Shown here piece by piece: positions 7,395 through 14,625 of a stretch of 16,188 nt of DNA. The number at the start of each line of letters is the position of its first letter. Within the stretch, counting starts at the first letter, position 1. The notes below the pieces were generated by a model. The model had not been told where the DNA came from. It worked only from the letters and a program-made list of their open reading frames with translations, and ran no database searches. Where the stretch lies: NCBI GenBank assembly GCA_042219045.1, contig JBDGQO010000069.1:1-16188 (forward strand), in the 5' to 3' direction. The stretch is from Candidatus Bipolaricaulia bacterium (GTDB taxonomy: Bacteria; Bipolaricaulota; Bipolaricaulia; RBG-16-55-9). A program made the translations under genes and the position numbers.

Positions 7395-7691
7395 ATGGTC
7401 GAGATCACGCGCAACGAGGTGCAACGCATCGCCGAGCTCGCGGAGCTGCAGCTGTCCGAGGCGGAGCTCGACCAATACCGCGACCAGCTCGCGGACATCC
7501 TGTCGCACTTCAGAGCCCTCGAGCAGTTGGACACGAGCGACGTCCCGCCCACGCAGCATGCCCAGGACGTGGAGAACGTCTTGCGCGCGGACGAGGCGCG
7601 GCCGTCGGTCGCGCGGGATGAGGCCCTCGGTAATGCCCCCCGACAACGCGACGGGTTCTTCGAGGTGCCGGCAGTCATCGAGCGCGAGTGA
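7395..7691 (+). CDS. gatC: Asp/Glu-tRNA(Asn/Gln) amidotransferase subunit C
   Basis: ITRNEVQRIAELAEL, LEQLDTSDVPPT, NVLRADE, ALGNAP and GFFEVPAVI. The start at MVEIT (7395) fits the family N-terminus better than 7377. Confidence 0.93.
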   Translation: MVEITRNEVQRIAELAELQLSEAELDQYRDQLADILSHFRALEQLDTSDVPPTQHAQDVENVLRADEARPSVARDEALGNAPRQRDGFFEVPAVIERE

Positions 7692-8421
7692 CCCAGCTGC
7701 CCACCGTCTCGCCCTGAAGCATCTTCGCCAGATGGCCCGAATGGGTGTAGTCGTAAACCCCGATCGGGATGCCCTGCTCCCGGCAGAGCGCGATCGCCGC
7801 CAGATCCAAGGCTCCGAGATCCTCGCTCACGACCCGATCGTAGCTGAGGTGGGCCAAGCGTTCGGCATCGGGATCGGAACGGGGATCGCCCGTGTAGATG
7901 CCGTCGACCGGGCTGGCTTTGAGGAGCGCGTCCGCCTGGATTTCCGCGGCACGAATGGCGGCCGCGGTGTCGGTGGTGACGAAGGGATTGCCCGTGCCTC
8001 CCACGAAGATGGCCACTCGGCCCTCATCCAGCACCTCGCGAGCGCGGTCCGGGCGCGTGGCGTCGATCCAAGGGGTTTCGATCGCGGAGAGCACGACGGC
8101 TCCAATGTGGGCTTGGCGCAGGGCGTCGCGCAGGGCAAGGCCGTTAACGAGCGTCGCCAGCATGCCCATCTGATCCGCCGTGGCGCGGTCGATGAACGCC
8201 GTCTCCCGTCCGCGCACGAGGTTGCCGGCGCCGACCACGACGCCGACCTGGGCGCCGGCTGAGCGCGCGTCGGTCAGCTCGTCAACGATGTGGCAGAGCG
8301 CGTCCGGGTCGAGTTGCGTGCCGGTCTCCCCCTGGAACGCCTCGCCGGAGAGCTTCAGCAGGATACGCGTCGGGGTGACCGAGGCCGGGTCAGCGCTCGA
8401 GAGGGCTTCATGGGGGGCCAA
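7675..8421 (-). CDS. pyrH: UMP kinase
   Basis: RILLKLSGEAF, VVGAGNLVRG, ADQMGMLAT, GTGNPFVTTDTAAAIRA and VDGIYTGDP. Follows tsf. The TTG start at 8421 is uncertain. Confidence 0.95.
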   Translation of the reverse strand: MAPHEALSSADPASVTPTRILLKLSGEAFQGETGTQLDPDALCHIVDELTDARSAGAQVGVVVGAGNLVRGRETAFIDRATADQMGMLATLVNGLALRDALRQAHIGAVVLSAIETPWIDATRPDRAREVLDEGRVAIFVGGTGNPFVTTDTAAAIRAAEIQADALLKASPVDGIYTGDPRSDPDAERLAHLSYDRVVSEDLGALDLAAIALCREQGIPIGVYDYTHSGHLAKMLQGETVGSWVTRAR

Positions 8422-8473
8422 TCTGCGGTCTCGCTTGCCGTAACTAGAATGGGTTGAGGGCTCTGCCGGCGCG

Positions 8474-9088
8474 CTAGGTCTCGTCCTCGCCGATCACGAA
8501 ACGGGCAAAGCGGTTGACGACGACCTTCTCGCCGACTTGGGCCGTCAGGTCGGCCAAGGCGTCCTCGACGGTCATCTCCCCCTCGGGATCGAGGATGAAG
8601 GGCTGCTTCATGAGGCAGTTCTCCTCGTAGAACTTGCTCATGCGCCCCTCGACGATCTTCTCCACGATCTCGGGCGGCTTGTCCTCCTTTTCCGCTTGCG
8701 CTTGCAGGACGGACCGCTCCTCCTCGAGGTCATGGTCGGGCACGTCCTCGGGGTTGACGTAGCGGGGCGGGGGCGAGGCGGCCGCGATGTGCTTGGCCAA
8801 GCTGCTGACAAATTGACGGAACTCGTCGTTGGCCGCGGTGAAGTCGGTCTCGCAGTTGACCTCCACGAGGACGCCGATCTTGCCGTTGTGGTGGATGTAG
8901 GACTCGATGCGCCCTTCCGCCGCGGTCCGGGTGCTCAGCTTGCCCATCTCCGACTTGCCCTCTTCGCGGAGGATCTTTTTCGCCTCGTCGAAGTCGCCCT
9001 CGCTCTTCTCCAACGCGCGCTTGCAGTCCATGATGCCGACGCCCGTGGCCTCGCGCAGCTCACGGACGGCGTCGGAGGAGATGCTCAT
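8474..9088 (-). CDS. tsf: Translation elongation factor Ts, short form (204 aa)
   Basis: [27 protein letters not shown] and KIVEGRM. ATGA overlap with the rpsB stop. Confidence 0.97.
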   Translation of the reverse strand: MSISSDAVRELREATGVGIMDCKRALEKSEGDFDEAKKILREEGKSEMGKLSTRTAAEGRIESYIHHNGKIGVLVEVNCETDFTAANDEFRQFVSSLAKHIAAASPPPRYVNPEDVPDHDLEEERSVLQAQAEKEDKPPEIVEKIVEGRMSKFYEENCLMKQPFILDPEGEMTVEDALADLTAQVGEKVVVNRFARFVIGEDET

Positions 9089-10116
9089 TCGCGGTCACCT
9101 TCCTCGTCGTCGTCGTCAATGTTGTCGTCGTCCTCGGAGCCGACGGTGGCCACCACCGCCTCGGTGTCGTCCGCTTCCTCGCCCTCATCCGACTCGGCCT
9201 CGGCGCCCGTGCCAGCCTCGGCCTCGCCCGCTTCGGCCTCGGTCGTTTCGCTCATGCCAGCGGCCTCGGCCTCATTCGCGTCGGGGCTCGCCTCGGCTGT
9301 TGCGACCTCGGTCGGCTCGGGCGCTTCCGGCGCGCCTTCCTCAACCTCGTCATGGGCCGTCTCCGCCGTGGCAGCTTCGGCCGTGGCAGCAGCCGCTTCC
9401 TCCGGCTCGGGCGCGGGCGAGGGCGCCTCCTGGAGGCCTTCCTTGCCCTCCAGAACCGCATCGGCGATGCGCGAGATGATCAGCTTCGTCGCCTTGATGG
9501 CGTCGTCATTGCCCGGGATGGGATAGTCGATCGGATCGGGGTCACAGTTCGTGTCGATAACCGCCACAATGGGAATGTCAAGCCGCTGGGCCTCGTGGAT
9601 CGCGTTCACCTCAATCTCCGTGTCGACGACGAACATGACGTCGGGCAGCCGGTGCATGTTCCGCAGGCCCTCAAGGTTGCGCCGCAGCTTGTTGATCTCC
9701 TTGTGCAGCTTCATTGCTTCCTTGTTCGGCATGCGGTCGAGGTCGCCTTGGCGCTCGTGCTCCTCAAGCTCGACCATGTAGTCAATGCGCTGTTTGATAA
9801 CGCCGAAGTTGGTCAGCGTGCCCCCGAGCCAGCGGCGATTGACGTAGTGCGCCCCGCTCCGCTCGGCTTCCTCTTCGATGGTGCGCTGAACTTGGCGCTT
9901 GGTGCCGACGAAGAGGACCTCGTTCCCCTGGGCCACCTGGTCGCGCACAAAGTGGTAGGCCTCCGTAAACAGATCGATCGTGCGCTCCAAGTCGATGATG
10001 TGAATGCCTTTGCGCTCGGTGTAGATGTAGGGCTCCATTTTGGGGTTCCACTTGCGGACGCGATGCCCGAAGTGGACACCGGTTTCCAGAAGCTCTTTAA
10101 TGGTCAGCAGACCCAC
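9085..10116 (-). CDS. rpsB: 30S ribosomal protein S2 with a long acidic C-terminal tail
   Basis: [38 protein letters not shown] and [11 protein letters not shown] at 10116 is preferred because AGGAGG lies 7 nt upstream. An alternative in-frame ATG is at 10137. Confidence 0.97.
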   Translation of the reverse strand: MGLLTIKELLETGVHFGHRVRKWNPKMEPYIYTERKGIHIIDLERTIDLFTEAYHFVRDQVAQGNEVLFVGTKRQVQRTIEEEAERSGAHYVNRRWLGGTLTNFGVIKQRIDYMVELEEHERQGDLDRMPNKEAMKLHKEINKLRRNLEGLRNMHRLPDVMFVVDTEIEVNAIHEAQRLDIPIVAVIDTNCDPDPIDYPIPGNDDAIKATKLIISRIADAVLEGKEGLQEAPSPAPEPEEAAAATAEAATAETAHDEVEEGAPEAPEPTEVATAEASPDANEAEAAGMSETTEAEAGEAEAGTGAEAESDEGEEADDTEAVVATVGSEDDDNIDDDDEEGDRE

Positions 10117-10300
10117 ATTGTTTCCTCCTTTCTCCATTACTGAACGGGAACCAGTCCGTCATTGAACGCTGATATCCCGACCATCACCCTCCTTTGCATC
10201 AAGTGTGCCCACTGCATCGACGCTGGCAGCCAGCGTGGCGATCCGGACGACATCGAAGCCGAGATCACAAGCTCTCGCAGTGGGCCATAAGGTTGGCTTC

Positions 10301-10330
10301 ACTATATCAGGAATAGGTCGGGAGGCGCAA
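10301..10330 (-). promoter_or_regulatory. Sigma70-type promoter of rpsB-tsf-pyrH
   Basis: Minus strand TTGCGC, 18 nt, TATAGT with an extended TG (TGaTATAGT). Implies a leader of about 180 nt. Confidence 0.6.
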
Positions 10331-10372
10331 CTCTTGGGCCGTAACCCGTTGCCGGTGACCACCGGGCACTGC

Positions 10373-11206
10373 TCACTTTGGACCCAACCCGCTGACGCGG
10401 GTGACGTCGAGGCCGCGCGACGCGAGCTCGTCCAGGAACGGATGGATCCCGAGCGCGTCGCTGGCGATATGGCCCGTGATGACGAGGTTCTTGCCTTCGG
10501 AGCCGAACTCGTCCCGCAGCTGGCGGGAGTCGGCGCCCAGGCAGTGGATGTAGATCACGGTGTCGACGCCGTTCTGAAAGTAGGCTTGCGCCACGGGATG
10601 GCCGCCGTTCGTGCCGCACGCGTGGGCGACGACGGCATGGCCGATCGGGTTGTCCGGCTGCCCGACGCGCAGGTCGATCGCCGTGTCGGCGTTGCGGAAC
10701 TCGTCGTGGTTCGCGTAGAGCCGATCGATCAGCGATCCGACGCTGTCGTGGGCGTCCAGCTCGTCGACCGTGGAGGCCATCATCCGTCGGCCGATCTCGT
10801 CCAGCGCCAAGTGGACGTTCATGTAGCCGATGTCGAGCATTCGGGCGAACGAGGGCGCGTGGTCGTAGTTCGCAATCTGGGCCCGACACCGGGCATCGTG
10901 GATCTTTTCCGCCATGGCGGCCTCGGCGTCGGCCGGAGGGACGCCGTGGGCGACCATCATCTCGACGTGTCGCTCCAGCACGTCGGGAAAGTTGAGCGTG
11001 GATGCCCCACCCTTCGGGTGGTGCGAGATGACGAGATCATGCCCCATCTGGTGCGCCAGGGCCAGCTCAGGCGTGTCCATGTCGACCCCGGCGATAACGC
11101 GCTCGGCATCCGCCACGGGATGATAGACGGCGCTGTCGCCCGGGACGTCGGAAAAGCCGGCCATGTCGAGCGAAAGCTGCATGATCGCGTCCGTGGAAAG
11201 CCCCAT
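10373..11206 (-). CDS. Nif3/NGG1p-interacting-factor-like dinuclear metal protein (277 aa)
   Basis: VIAGVDMD, DLVISHHP, YMNVHLALD, IYIH and GHIASDALG. SD-like GGTGAT before ATG 11206 and -10 TAAAAT at 11223-11228. An alternative ATG is at 11224. Confidence 0.8.
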   Translation of the reverse strand: MGLSTDAIMQLSLDMAGFSDVPGDSAVYHPVADAERVIAGVDMDTPELALAHQMGHDLVISHHPKGGASTLNFPDVLERHVEMMVAHGVPPADAEAAMAEKIHDARCRAQIANYDHAPSFARMLDIGYMNVHLALDEIGRRMMASTVDELDAHDSVGSLIDRLYANHDEFRNADTAIDLRVGQPDNPIGHAVVAHACGTNGGHPVAQAYFQNGVDTVIYIHCLGADSRQLRDEFGSEGKNLVITGHIASDALGIHPFLDELASRGLDVTRVSGLGPK

Positions 11207-11347
11207 ACGTATCACCGACAACATTTTAGCGTGCCCAGAATGCGCGTCCCACCGCGCTTGTCCGTATGGTGATGAGACTGGCGTGTCTCGCGTTACATCT
11301 TGGCGGGCCTTTGGCTGTTTACGCTCCCCAGCGAGCAGTGATACCTC

Positions 11348-12538
11348 ATGCAACAACGACGGTTCAACGGTCTGCTGATCCTCATCAGCGCTGCCTTGGT
11401 CGTGGGCATCGGGTCGGTGTCCGCCGCTGCGGACGTGACCGGCGACTTCACGACCCACATTGTCATGATGCCCGTCGGCGAGCAGACGCCCGCATCCGAG
11501 ATCGGCCGGCTCGAATTCGACTTGCAGAATGAGATCAATATCTCGCTGGCCGTCAGCGGGTTCCGCTCGACGTTCCACGGCCACTTCGGCCTGGCCGGCT
11601 TGGAGGACGTGATCCTGACCATGGCGGCGATGATCGGCAACCTCAACATCGAGAGCCAGTTGGTGTTCGGCCGCTTCGACGACGACGACACGGTTCCCGA
11701 CAAGGACCGGCCCAGCTTCATCAAGCAACGCGTCACGACGTCGTTCAACTTCGGCGGCGTCACCCTCGAAAACTTGGCCATCTTTGAGGACACCAACTTT
11801 CCGCAATCGCCCGCCTACGCGTTCGGCGACGTCTTCACCATTTCGGGCCAGACCACAAGCGGGGTCTCCGTCAAAGCCCAGACCGGCATCTGTGTGGACA
11901 CCGACGCCAACTCGATCAAGAAACACACGTGGTCGTTCAGCGTCGTTTCCGGGTGCCATCAGGAGCCGAAGCCGGACCTGCTGTATACCTACGAAGAGCT
12001 GACCGTCAACGGGATCCCCATCGCCCCGGAGATCACCGGCCGAGCCGTTATCGAGTGCGTCCAGGTCCAATCCTGCGAACTGACCCAGACGATTCTCGTC
12101 TCGGGCGGCGTCGTTCCCCTCTCGGCGAGTTTCACCATCACGGACCTGTTCACGCTTGAGCTGGGCACGTTGCAACTGAGGCTGACGTCAGGGCCCGGCT
12201 CGCTGTCGCTCTCCTTTAGCGATTTGGGCGAGATCGACAGCATTGCGATCGATCTCGCGCCGACGATCAACGCGGACACGAACCCCGCCACGCTTTCCGT
12301 CGAAGCCGACCTCGACCCGGGCACGGGGCTGACCGAGGGCTCAATCGGCATCGAGGTCACCCGCAACTTTCTCAACTTCACGGCGGACGCGTCCTTTGAG
12401 GGCGGACCGCCGGCCGATTTCGACGGCGTGGAGTTCGGCGTGAACGCGACGTTCGCCCCGATTGAACTCGAGGCGACGTTGACCTACTCGCCGGGCGAAA
12501 TGGTGGAGATCGAGAGCTTCACGACCGTGACGTTCTGA
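11348..12538 (+). CDS. Secreted beta-strand-rich protein, probable outer-membrane beta-barrel-like
   Basis: Sec signal peptide (MQQRR, hydrophobic core, VSAAA). Alternating hydrophobic/polar strands throughout. The C-terminus is SFTTVTF with a terminal Phe. Confidence 0.75.
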   Translation: MQQRRFNGLLILISAALVVGIGSVSAAADVTGDFTTHIVMMPVGEQTPASEIGRLEFDLQNEINISLAVSGFRSTFHGHFGLAGLEDVILTMAAMIGNLNIESQLVFGRFDDDDTVPDKDRPSFIKQRVTTSFNFGGVTLENLAIFEDTNFPQSPAYAFGDVFTISGQTTSGVSVKAQTGICVDTDANSIKKHTWSFSVVSGCHQEPKPDLLYTYEELTVNGIPIAPEITGRAVIECVQVQSCELTQTILVSGGVVPLSASFTITDLFTLELGTLQLRLTSGPGSLSLSFSDLGEIDSIAIDLAPTINADTNPATLSVEADLDPGTGLTEGSIGIEVTRNFLNFTADASFEGGPPADFDGVEFGVNATFAPIELEATLTYSPGEMVEIESFTTVTF

Positions 12539-12625
12539 CTCCATCCCATTGGCTCCGAACCGCGACACAGTGCGATGTCGAACGAGTAATAAGGGACCCG
12601 CGCAACCGGACAAGCGAGGTGAGCC

Positions 12626-14161
12626 ATGACCATCCGACTGACCCTCATCATCAGCGCGCTGTTTCTCTTCGTCGCCTTTGCCATCGGGGCGGTGTTCACG
12701 ACCCGAGCTTGCTTTCTGGCCGGTCCTGGGACGGGCTACCCCTCGTTGCAAGAGGCGGTCGATCGCGCCGACGCGGGATGCACGATCATGCTTCTCGGCG
12801 GGACGTACGAGGAAAACGTCGTGATCGACAAACCGCTGCGCATCGTTCCGCGCGCCGAGTCGCAACCGTTCGCCATCCTCGGGCAAGCGCCCTCCGGAAC
12901 GTCATCGGCCGCGGCCTTTATCGATCCCGCATCGCCGTCGACGCTGCGCGCGACTAACGCCGATCAGCCCGTGGTCGATATACGCTCATCCCATGTGACG
13001 ATCCGCGGTCTTCGCATTGAGGGCGGTCGCGTCGGGGTTCGCGCCTCCGGCGTTCGGGATATTCGGATCGCGGGCAACACGATTCGGGGCACTCAAAAGG
13101 CGGGCATTCGATTCGATGGGGTCGAGGCGAGCCGACTGCGCGGGAACACCGTCGCCCGGACGAACACGGGCGTTCAGCTGGTTGATACCGCTGGCGTGCG
13201 GGTCGTCAACAATGGGATCCGTCGCAACGAGCACGGAATCCGCCTGACGGGCGCCACTTCCCACATACTGCGCGGCAACGAGATCGCCGCCAACGACGCC
13301 ACGGCGCTTTATCTCACCTCGTCGAGCGACAACGTGATCCGAGCGAACGCCATCGAACGCAATGCCGTGGGCATCAACATGGAGGCCGCTTCCGCCAACA
13401 CGCTCGCGGCCAACCGTCTCAATGGCAACGACGCTGGGCTCCGCATCAAGGGCTCCAAGACGGCGCATTACGTCCACCGGATCTCGCGCGATAACACGAT
13501 CGACGGCCGACCGATCTACTATCTGGTCGACGCAAAGGGCGCGACGATCGAGGCGGAGACGCAACCGAGTTATGTGGCACTGGTGCGGAGCCAGAACGTC
13601 ACGGTCCGTGGCGTGGCGTTGCCCGAAGGGTCCCAAGGCTTGCTCATGATCGATACCCGCGACAGCCGCGTCGTCGACGTGACCATCCCGGACAGCGAGC
13701 AAGGGCTCTTGCTTCGAGGGTCCCATGACAATGTGCTCAAGGCCAACCGGATTGAGGGAACGGAGGCCAGTGGCATCGTGCTGCGTCAGTCGTCGGGCAA
13801 TCGCATCGAGCGCAACGTCGTCGAAGCTAACGGGGGGCACGGCGTGCTGTTCAAGAAAGCCGATGCGAATAAGCTTATCAATAACCAAATCCGAGGTAAC
13901 GAGGAGTCCGGCGTTCGCCTGTCCCAAAGTCGTGGCGTGCTGTTGACGGAAAATGGAATCCGGAACAACTGGGTCGGCGTCTACCTCGACGGCGGGGGGA
14001 ACCATCGGATCGAGGGCAACACCGTGGCGAAGTGCCAGTTTGCCGTCTATGTTGAGGGGACGGGGTCAAACCAATTCGCCAACAATCGACTCGCGGAGAA
14101 CCGACATGCCGCCAACCAGCCGGGATTGATTGAGACCGGGGCTACCGAGTCGGAAAAATGA
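12626..14161 (+). CDS. Secreted or membrane-anchored NosD/CASH-type right-handed parallel beta-helix protein
   Basis: SD GAGGTGA, hydrophobic N-terminus, YPSLQEAVD..GTYEENVVIDKPL, and many repeats of about 22 aa (GIxLxxSxxNxIxxNxIxxN). Confidence 0.88.
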   Translation: MTIRLTLIISALFLFVAFAIGAVFTTRACFLAGPGTGYPSLQEAVDRADAGCTIMLLGGTYEENVVIDKPLRIVPRAESQPFAILGQAPSGTSSAAAFIDPASPSTLRATNADQPVVDIRSSHVTIRGLRIEGGRVGVRASGVRDIRIAGNTIRGTQKAGIRFDGVEASRLRGNTVARTNTGVQLVDTAGVRVVNNGIRRNEHGIRLTGATSHILRGNEIAANDATALYLTSSSDNVIRANAIERNAVGINMEAASANTLAANRLNGNDAGLRIKGSKTAHYVHRISRDNTIDGRPIYYLVDAKGATIEAETQPSYVALVRSQNVTVRGVALPEGSQGLLMIDTRDSRVVDVTIPDSEQGLLLRGSHDNVLKANRIEGTEASGIVLRQSSGNRIERNVVEANGGHGVLFKKADANKLINNQIRGNEESGVRLSQSRGVLLTENGIRNNWVGVYLDGGGNHRIEGNTVAKCQFAVYVEGTGSNQFANNRLAENRHAANQPGLIETGATESEK

Positions 14162-14301
14162 GCGCCAAGCCCTTCAGCATCAAGCCCAGCCTGACCGGTC
14201 GCAACAGGCACACAAATGGCGATCTGAAGCCGAATGCATGCTTGAGATGGGCACTCGACGCCAAGTCCGGTGGCCGAGGTGGCGTCAAAGTGACGCAGGG
14301 G

Positions 14302-14330
14302 TTGACCCACAGGTCTAATCGGCATATAAT
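14302..14330 (+). promoter_or_regulatory. Near-consensus sigma70 promoter upstream of the riboswitch and adhesin
   Basis: TTGACC (14302-14307), 17 nt, TATAAT (14325-14330). Confidence 0.8.
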
Positions 14331-14511
14331 GGCGATCGATTGAAGCCGGACGATTTAATTGGCTTCAGGGCAGATCCGAGGAACGGCACACAACAGGCAA
14401 TCGTCCGATTGCCACGAAGAAATTAAGACGCCCGACTTGCACGCTTCATGACAGCGTCAGAGGCGACACGAAACGACCAGCGTCGGAACGCCTCCGTTCC
14501 ACGAGAACCTC

Positions 14512-14601
14512 GGTGGAGCGATAAAGGCAAGCCCGGTGAGAGCCGGGTTCGCAAAGTTACAGGTCCTTCCTTAAGAGGACGGCTGGACTGCCGCTTCCAC
14601 C
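14512..14601 (+). ncRNA. c-di-GMP-I (GEMM) riboswitch aptamer
   Basis: P1 GGUGGAGCG/CGCUUCCACC. AAAGGCAA leads into P2 GCCCGGU-GAGA-GCCGGGU with a GNRA loop, then the CGCAAAG junction. P3 contains GUCCU/AGGAC and ends GGACUGCCG. This matches the known GEMM-I layout and sits 25 nt before an adhesin start. Confidence 0.88.
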
Positions 14602-14625
14602 TCATTACGTATGAGGAGGAGCACG

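Noticed and set aside
5309..8262. Long alternative ORFs 5309..7084 (-) and 6547..8262 (+)
   Set aside because: They overlap recG, gatC and pyrH and have no motifs. Such stop-poor shadow frames are expected in high-GC coding DNA. The same applies to 728..1717, 3197..4291, 8537..9526, 10205..11272 and 12986..14005.
8474..9088. Truncated EF-Ts
   Set aside because: EF-Ts of about 200 aa is a known natural short form, as in Thermus and cyanobacteria, and both the N- and C-terminal motifs are present.
10373..12175. 600-aa minus-strand ORF as a single protein
   Set aside because: Its first 320 or so codons are the antisense shadow of the 11348..12538 gene. Nif3-like similarity, an SD and a -10 all point to a start at 11206.
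14158..14343. 61-aa ORF with an ATGA overlap to the beta-helix gene
   Set aside because: It has no recognisable features and runs across the palindrome and the consensus promoter, so it is probably a chance ORF.
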